Source of the DNA: Catajapyx aquilonaris
Lineage: Eukaryota
DNA length: 64,000 nt
NCBI GenBank assembly: GCA_000934665.2
Contig: KZ538521.1
Span: 1 to 64,000 of the forward strand
Reading direction: 5' to 3'
This document shows positions 13,192-26,076 of this stretch, piece after piece; positions within the stretch are counted from its first letter, which is position 1, and every line of letters begins with the position of its first letter. The notes under the pieces are model-generated. The model ran no database searches, was not told the origin of the DNA, and saw only the letters and a list, made by a program, of their open reading frames with translations. Position numbers and translations under genes: made by a program.

Positions 13192-13934
13192 ATCCTGGAA
13201 GGTTTGCATCCAAACATACAACGGGATTATCCAAAACTACAATGTCATTCGAGGCCGGTTTGTACAAGTGAGGGATCCGGATCCGCAGTGTGAATGAAAA
13301 CTGCATGGTAACATTTGAGTACAAAATTAGTGTAATTATTGCTATCACAGTCAGGACAACAACTTTTCGGAATGACACGTTCTGGCATGTTTGCAAGCTC
13401 TACAACTACGTACCACAAACTGTCGTACCTGATCAAAAATCCCATCGATGGCACACATCTCTTCGCATGCCACTTTCTTCTGTGGTCACTGTGGTCTGAT
13501 ACATGTCATCGTCGTCCCTTGGTCGCACACACGGTCTTGTCGCACCGATAGCAAGACTAAATACTGTTACTCATTATCAGTCCAAGTAAAATGCATTTGG
13601 GCAGGGGCTGACTATCAAATGCACCCAGCTCAGCTGATGAACTCACAGAAAGTGAGTCATTATCAAGAAGAGGTTGAGTGCCTTGGTGTCCTTGGTTGTG
13701 TCTTGGGTTGTATGCTTGGCAAGGGGGTATTCACTTCGGTACTCCGGTGTACACCTGCGAATGGTACTCCTAGGTACTCCTTAGGTAAGCTACTTTACTC
13801 TTTGGTACTCCCAGGTACTCCTTGAATTATAGGTACTCCAGTGTACACTTTTCAGTCAAGTGCTTACCCCCTTGATACTGGGCCGGACATTTCGGTCTCT
13901 GTCCTTGTGTGGATGAATGCAAACCTTCCAGGAT
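13192..13934. mobile_element. TIR-bounded element with integrase-like zinc-finger remnant (Ginger-like?)
   Basis: Perfect 18-bp inverted repeat atcctggaaggtttgcat (13192-13209) / atgcaaaccttccaggat (13917-13934). Minus-strand DGIFDQVRQFVVRSCRACK at ~13390-13446. Confidence 0.45.
13720..13874 (-). mobile_element. Second (inverted) copy of the 8599-8749 MITE
   Basis: caagggggtattcact…agtgcttacccccttg, internal ggtactcc repeats, degenerate 8-bp TSD atgcttgg/atactggg. Confidence 0.85.
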
Positions 13935-14694
13935 ACACTGTCCTACGTATGAAAGGCCAGTTATCACGGTAACTACGCAATTTTAAACTGGCAATTATTA
14001 CTGGTTAATTAACAATATCAAATGAAAGCAAAAAGCGTACCAAATATCAAGATGTGAAAATCACTTCTTCTGTTTATCACGAAGGCAAAAAAAAAAACAA
14101 TGACCCAGTGTCAGAACAGCGTAGATACGGTATCTCTGCCTGAGCCATTACCTTCCATACTTCAACCGACCTTTATTGATTGATTGGTTAGCCTTTTATG
14201 GCGCAACAACAGCATTGGCTATGATGCCCCCGGCCCTTATTGCAAGGAGTCGTCAAGAAGATGAAGATGAAGAAGAAACAATGCCTTTCCCCTACCCATA
14301 CCAGCCTACCCATACGTGCAGATTGATTACCATGAGCTAAAAGTGCCGTATTTAAAATCAATTAAAATATTATATAGACACATATATATGTAGTTTGTAT
14401 TGGAATAATCCTTATGGCAATAGAAAGGTCACTAAAATCATTTAAACTGAATTAATGCAAGTGGGCCTCATTTTGCGACGCTCCATTCACAACATTTCAC
14501 ATTAACGACCTTTTCAAAAATGGCTTCTACAAATTAGAAGTATGAAAATAAATTGAAATTACAAAATAATCGACATAGTAACACATCTATGCAACACCTC
14601 TCGAGTTCAAACACACTACGGGCACTTCATTCGTTTTTCGTGTATACATATGTACAGTAGCCTACATATAGGCTACTGTATTAACGACGGAAAT

Positions 14695-15316
14695 ACCGAA
14701 GCAGGTTGGTGTAGTGGATATGGAGTCCGCCTGCTAATCGGGAGGTCCTGGGTTCGAATCCCGGAGACGGCGACCCTGACCGTGGTTCTCTGTGGTTTCC
14801 CACGGTCCTTCCAGGATAATTCTGGGGTCGTTTCCGTAACAACAGGCCACAGCCACTTCCTTCCGTCCCTATCCTATCCCAAAAAAGCAAAGAGTTCCAG
14901 TCAAAACAAAAATTTCCCCCCTAAAGAGCCGCCGGTTGATAACGGGGTATGAATTATTATTATTATTTTTTATTGATACCCCGTGCTCGAGCCATTCGGC
15001 TCGTTTAGGGGGGTGGCATACCACCATCAGTTTTCTGTTTTTACTTCAATCTCCGTGCAAGGGCTGGTTCAGGATATAGGGTAGGGAAAGGGATTGTTGG
15101 GGAGGGGCTGGGGAGGGGACACTTGTGCAGGTGCTTTGTCCTGGCCTTTGGGCCATGTGCAGTCCCCCAGGAGGTTAGGTTGCCAGACACCTCCTTGGTG
15201 CAGGTCAGAGACCCTCCCGACGCAGGTGAAAGGAAGTTCCCCAGGCGGGGATCGAACCTGGGGCCTTTCACTCAGCAAGCCGATACGTTACCATCTCGGC
15301 CACCACACCTCCCCGA

Positions 15317-15387
<71 letters not shown>
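14695..15387 (+). mobile_element. tRNA-derived SINE, family C, with (TTA)n tail interrupted by a family-A SINE
   Basis: A-box tggtgtagtgg, B-box ggttcgaatcc, central ctgtggtttccc…ccagg…ggccacagccacttccttcc. 16-bp TSD tattaacgacggaaat (14679-14694, 15388-15403). Confidence 0.88.
14968..15314 (-). mobile_element. tRNA-derived SINE, family A, inserted into the tail of SINE C
   Basis: Head ggggaggtgtggtggccgagatggt…ggttcgatcccc. Duplicated gaattattattattatt at 14951 and 15315. Homologous to 6384-6722. Confidence 0.88.
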
Positions 15388-15394
<7 letters not shown>

Positions 15395-16820
15395 GACGGA
15401 AATGGTGGTTATCTCAAACAAGTCGTCTATGTACCGTGACAATTTTTGTTGAGTAAAACAAGGTGAATTATTTGTGATCCTGTGGCGCAACACACGCTTG
15501 ATACGATCCTAGTAGGGATATCATTACCGTGAGCATTGTATTTACATCCTAAAATCTAATCGCGAAACGGGAGCTTGCAGCTTCAGCAGTGACTGCAACT
15601 TCATTTCGCTTTGTACTAATGTGCGGGCCAACAATTAGAAAGCTCTAGAATGAGGTGGGTAGAGGATGAGTGGGGCTAGGGTAGACAGGGGAGGATTGGG
15701 CCAAATGTAGAAAGCACAGTGCTTCTAATGTATAGACGTAGGGAATAATCAGGCACCAAATAAGCTTATCCCTACCATTACGCACTTAAAACGAATCCCA
15801 TACATAAAGTGAGCTGAGCTGGTTGGGCGAGGAAAAGCAAGAAAGCACTCACTGGACATGTTTGCAGAAGTGGAGCGTCCCCAAATTTCAATTTGAAACG
15901 TCCGTGGTCTCGGCGCGTCCCCTTTTGGCCCAATGGCATCAAAGCAGGATTGAGGAAACCCGGCCGCCATTTGCATGCCTACAGGCGGCTCACCCGTTCT
16001 CTCCTCATTCCTCATGCAAATCAAGGTGCTCCTCGACACTTTCGAATACATTTTTTTGTTGTAACCTACACTCGGATTTTATTCTCTAGCGCCATATGTG
16101 TATTCAAACCTGTGGCAGTGGAAACTCCTGCTTCCAATTCCTTTGATGGCATTCACCCACAAAGAAAACGGAATCTTGACGGCGCGGCGCGGCGGTGTGC
16201 CAGGAGGTCCAGGCAACTGCTCTCGTTGTAAGCGTCGTTGGAGAACCCGAGTGTCAGCTGCTGCCAAACTTTATCCAGCAGGAAAGGCTCTAAAACTACA
16301 CACTTAATTGCCTCCCGTATTGTGAATGATATTTCCGGCTATTGTGAATTCTGAGGTTCAGTTTGGACATATGGATTGCTGACAGTAATTTTGTGGTCAA
16401 CGTGGTTGCACTGTCCCAAACACGCTTGTTGTCAATATGTTGCACGATTAAACTGGCAATAAGTTTACTTTGAAAATCATGACTGCAAACGAATGTGTAG
16501 TGCTCACTCATATAAAAGTAGTTCAAAAATAGGCTCGTACTTCCAGTAGATTGATAAAAAATTATTTCACTTATCGCAGACTTATTACCTGATTTAGCGA
16601 TATGATAAGTTGTCATTGACATCTTTGTGAGATATACCTACTACCGTGCATATTGTGGACTGTCAAAAATGAGAATCAATTATGGCGTTTAGAGTCAGAA
16701 CAAATGAATGCCTTTAAAGAAATTTTTTATTTTATTTGCGTCTTTACATGGTGAAACAATATTAACTTAACTTATTTTGCGGAAATGAGACACTGTATAT
16801 CCACAATTCAAGTAGGTTAA

Positions 16821-17110
16821 CCCTGGAACCGTGCCGTGGGGTCTTTTCGGACCCCAAAGTAATTAAAATGCATTAAAATTACAATTACAATGAACTGTTT
16901 GCCATTTTAAAAAGTATATAACAGGAAGTGCACGTTTATTTTGAATTATCCATTATTTTAGGCATTGTTCAAAGAATGATTGTATATAGATATAGTCAAT
17001 ACATTGAAAAGTATGATATAAAAATTAATAAAAATTAAAATATGGCGTGGGGTCCTAAAAGACCCCACGCCACGGTTAACGCAACTTTCAGGCACGGCAT
17101 GGTTCCAGGG
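16821..17110. mobile_element. piggyBac-like MITE
   Basis: TTAA|CCCTGGAACCGTGCCGTG…CACGGCATGGTTCCAGGG|TTAA, with internal ggggtc…gacccc palindromes at both ends. Confidence 0.88.
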
Positions 17111-18410
17111 TTAATAATAACTTTTAATCTCATACACAAAATCCAGATCTTTTCACCATATAGAAGACTACAATGGCAGTTTCTTCCCAAAGCATTGTTT
17201 GCACAATGCGTTGGCATCGTGTCTTTTCCCTCGCGATTTCAAACTCCCACGCATACCTTAAGTAACAACACAGCTCTATTATTGAAACTTCTTAGCTGCT
17301 CACTTCACTGTCTTAACCAAAATTGGTGCATGATAATGATTTCCCACGCTGAGTCCCCTATAGCGTCGTATCGTGGTGTGTAATACAGGGCCAAATTGCC
17401 TGCCAGCCCGACTATTCTCAGAGCAACATCAAACAAGAGACTGCTACCGACAGCTTTTTGACCCCTTATCGATTCTGAACTATATAATGCACAGAGAGGG
17501 ATGGAAGGGAAGTGGGGAGTGTGGAAACCGTAGAGGTACTGTGTCGATGAAAACGGCTTCTATCTGATTCGCTTTGTGACTGATACCCAATAAATGTCTC
17601 GGTGCGCTAGTTTTTTTATTGGGGTTGGAAAATAGGGTTGTTGGATATAGACTAGATAAATGCTATCTATACATATAAAGCAGAAAGTTTGTGGGTATAT
17701 GAATGTTCTGGAGTTCTAACCGACTTCCATACACCTATAGAAATGAAAATTCGCGCACTTACAGCTGAGGTGATAAAATCCTAGGAACAAGTCCCAAAAT
17801 CCCCAAGTTAGGCACTTAGACCAGGTTTTATACCATATTTTGCCAGCTTCCTGGCTTTCTTCAAAATATAGGCTACTGCATATCGTAGGTTATATCGTCT
17901 GTCAGTTCCTCTTCCATATTCTCAGTAAAGCTTTTACACTCCTTCCTTCCCATCCACATCATCATATTATAAACATATCCGATAAGTCAAACCTCGGCCA
18001 TTCTACTTCAATGCAAAGCTACGAAGGTGCTACGAAGAATGTCATCACTCATCACGGCATAATATTATTAGGGCAGTAATCAGGCGTTTATCCTAACTGA
18101 CGATAGCTACCAATGCGCCTCTTCTGTTCAAAAAGAAGTCTAAATATCAGGATGAAATGTTAGCGAGCAAAGAATACAGTGAAACAAGTAACGGACTAGA
18201 ACGGACCCTGGATATTGTAGTGGAAACATGTCTTCAGAAATTAAACGGCAGTAGTCTCCCATAAAGGTTGGTCTATATGGCCAGATAAGTTTCATTTACT
18301 TGTATGTTAGGCTATTATTGACCACACTAAAAGATGACAATTTCATGATTCCAATTGAGATTCTGATTGTGAAAAGCCATAGTTCCCAATATTTACAATG
18401 CACGTTTTGC

Positions 18411-18485
18411 GCTTCCCCCGCCAGGAATCGAACCTGGGTCCACACTCAACTTGGGAGTGTCGCTCTGCCATTGAGCTACAGGAGC
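18411..18485 (-). pseudogene. tRNA-like sequence (tRNA pseudogene or SINE head)
   Basis: GCTCCTG-TA-GCTC-AATGGCA-GAGC…CACTC-CCAAGTT-GAGTG…CCAGG-TTCGATT-CCTGG-CGGGGGA folds as a cloverleaf with intact A and B boxes, but the anticodon loop is non-canonical. Confidence 0.6.
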
Positions 18486-19154
18486 GTCAGCACCGTGCAC
18501 TTTCACCTTTGACAACCTTCCAATGCTTCTACCTTTTCCCGGAACACATAATGAGAATCACAAAGTGATATAGGGTCGTAGAAAGTAAGGTATGGAACAG
18601 TATTTCGTTACCCGCCGTTAGATAATTTAATTAGCCTACGCGCTTCAACGAGGTAACCCGAGATGTATCTAAAGAAGGGTTCTATTCCGTTGCTATTTCT
18701 GTCTCCCTGTTCTCGTACCGACTCAACCGATGTGACCTGCTTGCTAATTCACTGAAAGAAAACCTACTGACATTTACTACAGCCTGTAACTGGGCTGTAA
18801 AGTCAAAGTATTGATGCGGAAGAATGCAAGCAGCTATTCACACTCAAAATTGTGTTCGACCTAATCCTATAATACTGTAATGCGCCTATAACTTAAGAGG
18901 ACTGTTATTTATTGCCTCAATCCTTAAATGCCACAGATTACTATATGGGCCTATGTGAGACCACAGAAAGGTCTTAACAAACGTTCCGGAACGACCAGTT
19001 CCGTGTGAGGTGTAGTAACTGCATTAGGGGCCATTTACTTTTATAGGTACTGCAGGATCAAGGAAGTATAGCAGCAGCTAGGACGACATGCCTGATAAAC
19101 TAATGTTGATATGTTGGGGTGACAATTTTGCAATGTTTACAAGCTTTCTAACTA

Positions 19155-19512
19155 ATCCTCCTATAATAATAATAATCCTTGGGTAGTGCCTGAACCTATA
19201 TAGGGTATGCGGCACGGACCTTTATTATACTTGAAGTACAATGCAGTACAATGCTGGAACCTTGAGCGAATCGCCCGGGTCCACAGGCAGGATGACAGGA
19301 TGGGATGTGCAAGGTGCAGTGCAATGTCTTAATGTGGCCAGTTTAGTGAACTCTCCCGGGTGGTTTAGTCTGTTGGAAATACCACCCGAGACGAAGCCAG
19401 AGGTGACCCTGAACTCTGCACGAGATGAAGGGTGTGTCCCCGGGTTGGGATCGAACCCGGGACCTTAACATCCGTGGGCGCGTACGTTACCGCAGAACCA
19501 CTCCGCCTCCCC
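19155..19512 (-). mobile_element. tRNA-derived SINE, family B
   Basis: Head ggggaggcggagtggttctgcggt…ggttcgatccc, (ATT)n tail, 17-bp TSD tacaagctttctaacta (19138-19154, 19513-19529). Homologous to 37740-38089. Confidence 0.9.
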
Positions 19513-22500
19513 TACAAGCTTTCTAACTACCTTTTCAAGTTGGTTGCAATACTCACCAAATGCAGGGCAATGCAGTCTTAAGCTATTTCATGTGAAAATG
19601 AGCTTGTAAAGTTCGCTTGACCGAAGATGTTTCTGAGTGAAGGTACTCGTATAAAGGCGGGTTGTTAGTTGATGGATGGGAACGGTGTAGGTGTAAGGGG
19701 GAAAATACGTACACAAATATGGATTAGAAATTTTGAAGATACGTTCAGGTTGAATATGAGAAAAGTCGTGCCCTTTTCTCTGATGCAATGCAAGACTTAG
19801 TCAATAGTTTTGACTGACGTTTTTTAGTATCCGATACTTTTAATCTTGGGGAAAGGTAGGCAGAGAAATTACCGGCCTCATTTCATCACGTTCATTATCG
19901 GTAAAATCTGCAAAAATCATTCTGAAACTTTCACTCTCCACCTCTTGTAGATACTTAGAAATTTCTAGCGCTGCGGAGAAACTTCAAGCACCGCAAAGCT
20001 AGAAACTAGTGACTTTGAGCCGATATCGCCTCGTAATTGTCCGATGCAGGCAGCCTTCAACGACATGCAGTTCAAAGAAGAAGTATTATTTTTAGGTGCC
20101 CAAACTTCCTTTTACGTCGAATCTATATATTTTTCTCTAGTTCCATGTTAAAACAACAACTGATTATCGCCAAACTGTAGGCTGCATTCTTTACATTACC
20201 GGTACATAATTATGATTGATTTGATTACGAACTATCTCAAAGCTGCTCTCTCTAGAAAAAATATGGCGGCTATTTCAAAATTAAGTAGCGCATTCAACAT
20301 AACGACTACAATGATTTAAAATAACCATTGCCTTTGTAATGTTATAAACCTACACACTTTTTCCCTTTGTTCCTTAAAGATCATATTAGTCTGATGTAAT
20401 AGAAGCTCCTTTCTGCATTCTCTCCTCTCTTCCTATAGACACTTTATGATGCATTGTGTAAAGGCCTTTATGCCACTTCAGAGCGCTGAAAAACCAAGCA
20501 CAAAGGGAGTCAAGTCAGCAATTAGATTCTGAATCGCTTCCCCGATTCAATTAAGGCAACAAGGACGCATTTCCTCGAAGATATCATTTTGTACTCGTAC
20601 ACGCTCGTCTGATTTCATCACTCCCGGAATCTAGAAAACAAATTGGTGTCTTTTAGCCCTGCGTTGACATTGATGAATGGGTCGACCATATCGCTGAATT
20701 TATGGATATAACATACCCCCTACCCACCCTCGAAATCCCCTCCCATCTCTCTACTTCTCGTATTCAATGCAGTTGACTGCACTTTCGAGTTGGATAAGCT
20801 GCCACTAGGTCCTGAAACACCTGCTCCAAGTCCCTGCATGTGTGGGCTATAGCCAACTGATCCTCACCCGATGCACAGGGAATTAAAGGCGGATGAGAGA
20901 GTTTACCCAGAATCGCTTTTGAAAAATTGGCTGGAATTAGGTACAAGGCCCAGTGGTTAGGTAGTCAATCGTCAATAAATGCAGTGGGTCCTTTTGTGTG
21001 TTAACCCTGATTGGATGACCTCAGGATCATCGTGGTAGTGTGACCAATGTAATTGGCTCACCCCCTGAACAAGAACGCGGAACGTGATTAGTGGTTGGCT
21101 AGAGCCGTAAGGAACGCTGTGACTTGCGCAGTATAGGGAGGACCAAAAAAAAAATTCCACCATTTTTTGTCACCACGTTTTATATTCTACGACAGCACAA
21201 ATTCAATCCGTGTGGTGTCCAAGAAGCTGGTAATGAGTCCTGGATATACCAAAACCTGAGCAAGCATTCTGTGATTTCAGCACGCACATCATAGCTCGAG
21301 ATCCCAGATCTATATTTAAGCTGGAAGGAACATTTTCATCTCCTCTCCGGAGTGAAATGTGGCCAATTCCAGCCTCCTGTGCTCGCCTCCATTCATAGTC
21401 CGCCAGAACAAGCTTCAAATCCACTTAATTCCTCCTCAGAGGATCTTGGAGCAATCTCTTTTCAGAAAGAATTGCAGACCATCGCTTGGGAGATACCTTC
21501 ATGAAAGAGAATATTGCTCGTACACCCTCCCCTTCCCCCCAACTGCTCTTCTTCTTGACGCCTCTGAAGTTATCTCGTAACGTACTATGTCACGGGCGCC
21601 TAAATTTCACCCAAAATGACACCGTGTCCTGCCATTTACCAACTTGTAAAAACACACAAAAAAAATATGAAACAAGCCCGACAAAAAAAAAGCCAACCCT
21701 TTTCCCACCATAAAATTGTCATAGAGTGGAACTGACATGAAATCTGCGCGCCTCGTCGCAGTTCGGTTGTTACGTGCGACAAACAAAGGGCGGCCATGCT
21801 CCCTTGGGTGACCTCATTGATCTGCGTATAATCGCATCTATCTTCTCTCTATGATCTTTCCCCGCCCCCCGCCCCAAACCAACACCCCAATACTGCAGGC
21901 TGTTCATAATTATTATATGCGGCTCACTCCCACAGGCTCATAATAGTGCGGCGTAATTTTACGTACTAGACTCACTAAATGAAATTTCTTGCCCCCCCCC
22001 CACCCACCCATGCAAAAAAAATCAAAATAAAAGGCAGTGTGAGCGAGGGGGTACTAAAATCGCGATAGAGTGATTTAATCTGGGAAAACTCTTTTGAACA
22101 TGACAACCACTATTAATCCACTAATGTAATTTCCCGGTTTGCTAATGAACTATTATTGACCGTGGCCACCGGACCGACATACAAATAGGAAGTTTATTAC
22201 TGACGCGATTGGCAATGTGTCGCGATGCTCACGATTTTTTTTTTGTTTGTTCCTTGCACAAATTGTTGGTAAATGAAACTAAAGCCTGATTCATGACATA
22301 TTCGAATCGATTCGCGGGAGTGAATCGCGGCTGGAATTTTATGCCCAGGCGACTGCCTGTACTTTACATAATCGAATTGAATAATCCCGGTAGTCTTTGT
22401 ACGCTCGGGTCTCGTTTGTGCATGGCTGAACACTTTTAAACGTTCAAAATGGCCTATATCTGGTTCATCATATTTAAATATTCGTAATCCGATTTTGCCT

Positions 22501-25500
22501 TATGCGGTTGGATACGAAATCCTCTGTCCTATTTTAGTACCATCGCAGACTGAACAGCGTCAGGTCAGAGTTTACTAGCACATGCTACCCCAGTTGAGGA
22601 GTCAGCAGTACACTGCTTTCCAATTGAAACGTCTGTATATAGTGGCTACTTTTAGAGATAATCACAAATATGGGATGTTAATATTAGGTCGAATGAAAGC
22701 GTTATTTTAAACTGATTGCGAAAGATCTAGGCTCCGAAAAGTGATTTAAATCATTGATATTCGCCATAGGTGAGCCAAATGTGACTTCAGTTGAGAAATT
22801 CAGTGAAACTGTTTAACTGTTGGTTTAACTTTGGTTAAAATAGCTAACAACTTAAGACACTTAAATTGGAACACATGGTACACTGCAAAGTCACGATACG
22901 TATTTTATTACAGTGTTCGCATAGTACAGATGTTTCCCTCACAAATTATGCGAAAATGTGTCAAAGAACATACATCCTACTAACAAGTTGTCTTTCTCCT
23001 AAGCCATAACAATGCAGCATTGTCCAAGAAATCGGATTCATTGCAGCATTAATTATGAACCCGCTTTGCCGCCCGCAACACTCGGATAGTTGAAGGTGTC
23101 ATTATCAGCAACTACTGTGACAGCCCAATTCTACAGTACCAGGTTTGTCGCTGTCGTGCCATCAAATTGTTTGTAAATGATCGATTTTCAATTCGCGGTG
23201 CAAAAAGCCATTCGGGCAAGAGGAACTCCAAATTGTTTTCCAGCCCTGAAAAAAAAAACTCAGCGTCATCAACAACACCGCATTGACAAACTGCACCTCT
23301 AAATGCTGCACAGATCCATTTAACGAGCTTCTCCCCTGAAAAAAAATTGCACAATTAGACTTTTCGAGGACCATTTTGAATCGACCCTGACTTGTAGGAT
23401 GGGTTCACAACACCAAGGATATGTACAGTACAGGAGTACATGAAAGAGTCACGTCATCAATCACAAAACTTCCTGTGAGTCTGAGCCAGGTAAAATTCAG
23501 AGTCAGCAGGAGCAGAACGAATCATTAGAGACTTCCCAGGACAGCAATTACTCCGATAGAACAATAGCATCCTGCCGCGTGAGAAATTCCCTTTGGAACC
23601 GCGCACACACACACACACACAAAAAAAAGCCCTAAGAGAATTTGCGACCGGACTGGAATGAGTTATTCGGCCACAAATTCTCTCTAACAAGCTTCTCCTC
23701 TCAATTCTGAGGCGCCCTTACACCAAGGGAAGAGGAATGTAATGCTATGTTTTTTTTTGGAGGACTCCAAGAGTGATTCATTACGGGGATATAAATGGTG
23801 CTTAAGTCGCTCAATGTTTGAGACGACGATATTAGGATTAGGTAACAAAAAGTTGTTGACAGTTCTGGTGTCGGATGTTACAGATTACGTACACAGTTAC
23901 ATTTACAGAAATGTGTGGACCTCATTGCAGCGGATATTTTTAGTCACAATTGATATTCTTTTTCTGTATAGTATACCAGTTTACAACTGAGAAGACCAGA
24001 GGTACAGTACTACGCAGCTTAGATTAGACGCGCAACTTGCAATTTAAATGAATTTCAGACTTCAGTAAAGTGTTCCTGGTATATTTTAGCCAGAACTAAG
24101 TCCGGGCCTAAGGAGATCTGAGGCTCTGATAAGTTTTCCGTGCACAAATACCAGCCATAAGGTGATAAATGTCGTTGATGAGATGCGTCTAAATTACTAG
24201 TTGCGGGTTTAATCTAAGCGGTTTAATACTCGCTTAAGGCAAATTTCTTGCTGAAAATGACATGCACCCATTAGGCCTACAGGGTATATTCCAACTGAAT
24301 TTCAGTACTTATGAATTTTGATACTAATCTAATATTATTATGAAGCAGGTGCTCTTAGACGGAGTAATAATAATAATCCAAATGGTGTAGCACAAAATGA
24401 TTTAGAGCTTGTTTTGTAAATATAGCATATTTATGTTAAGCACAACATTAAAATTAACTTAACCAAGACATGTTTATAAGCTGGATAGTAACTCTGTTTT
24501 GGATCACATGTTCGAAATGCCCACCGATACGTCGAGAACTTTTTTCCCATGAACGCTGACAAGCTGTTGATCACCTGGTGGCACGTATCCTCTCGCTGTT
24601 ATTTTGTTACCGTCTGGCTCAAAGAGAAGGGTTCTAACTCGTGGCCTGTTTGGTTGGGACTTTTCCGAAAAATATTTTGCTGAGGCAGACAGTTATGTGC
24701 TGCTTCGTTTTAGTGAATGTTTCACTTTCAGACGCTGTGATTTCCTTTATTTAAAACAACGCTCAAACATTATGAAGAATTTCGCAAGGAGAGAAGAGTG
24801 TGAGAAATACAAATAACGCTTCTCTTTTCATATCACTATATTTTTACGATATTTACAATTCTGGAATAACTCGTTAAGGCTTGTTACTGTACAGTTATTA
24901 ATTATCATGTGCTGAATGTAATTAGATTTATTAGTGTTCATATGCAGGCAGAAAGTCCCAGATATAGCGCGGTAACAAGGACCATCAAATTAATACAAAA
25001 TTTAAATGAAGTATTCTGTCTTGCTGTGTGTTAATTTGTAATTATGTGAATAAATGTCATGTAAAAACCAATCAATGAATCTTTTGGTATACCGCGTTTA
25101 ATTTTTGATAACACAAGGTCATAAATTGACATTTTCTTAGCTTGACACTGAAAACAACCCACTTGGAATATGAAACTAGCAAAAGTTAAACGGTTTTTTT
25201 TTGTAGGCCAACCCACATGCAGTTGTCAACACGAATTCTTATATAAAACCTAAATTTCCCCCCTGGAGATGTTTGAGAATCACTGCTTATCAATCATATT
25301 GATGCCAAAATTGTATTACTAATTATTAATGCAGAAAATGTATTATTTACTTGTAATACCTTATAAAAACAGAGTAGAAAGGCAAAGAATAGTACCAAAT
25401 CAGTGGTGAGTAAAAATGTCAATGATCTCAACTCGATATAATGACATCTGCCATACATTATTCCACATTATTCTCCAAAATATTTGTTTCATTGCATTCC

Positions 25501-25846
25501 TTAGATTTTCCACAGCACTTACCATCCCACGGCCGCCAGTATAAGAGCATGTCCAGGATTTTGGATATGCTCAACCCTAGAGACGTCCAACAGTCAGGCC
25601 TAAATATTAACACTATACTACTAATAATATAGCCCTAAATGCAATTACTCTCGTCCTCTTTTTACACAGCCATTTGTGTGCCTTCGCACCAGATAATTTA
25701 TTCATGTTCATGCCATCCTTTACCCCCAAGCAGAAAGTGCTTTAAGCTTCCTCCTAGCAGCCTGAATTTATTGTTTCGCAGCCTCAAAGTTGCCAGCCCC
25801 GTGCATCCACTAAAAGAAAACGTTGAAGGAAGCGAAATGTACTCAC

Positions 25847-26076
25847 CCCACCATGGCTGAATCCTTAGCAACCCTGCAAAACACGCCTCGGTTGGCACTG
25901 CATCGACCTGTGACCGGGTCAGGTGGCGCCAGGTTAACATAAGGTGGCTCTTCCAGGAAGGTGATTTTCACGTGGAACTTCTCAGGCACGCCCTCTGGTG
26001 GAACGTGGCTGTATCCAGGCCACACGATGTCCTTTATGTCCAGCCCGTTCTTTTTCCACGACTGCCACACGCCAAT
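25847..26076 (-). CDS. Nmdar2: NMDA receptor subunit 2 exon (ATD-S1 linker and start of ligand-binding S1)
   Basis: tttcag|ATT…GTG GG|gtgagt, 230 nt, phase 0 to 2. [76 protein letters not shown](G). Confidence 0.96.

Noticed and set aside
13634..13662. CTGATGA followed by ACTCAC/GTGAGT hairpin
   Set aside because: GAAA lies in the loop rather than after the stem, so this is not hammerhead topology.
12893..15493. Poly-V, poly-Y, poly-L and poly-N ORFs (also poly-M/I at 39579 and 49596)
   Set aside because: These are translations of microsatellites.
15749..16307. Cluster of overlapping ORFs as a nested gene
   Set aside because: No recognisable protein similarity or splice structure. It looks like GC-richer non-coding sequence.
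646..25846. Duplicated or mutually exclusive S1 exon in the 25-kb intron
   Set aside because: No paralogous exon was found by eye, and the flanking exons join with the spacing expected from recalled insect Nmdar2. A tBLASTn would be needed to exclude it fully.
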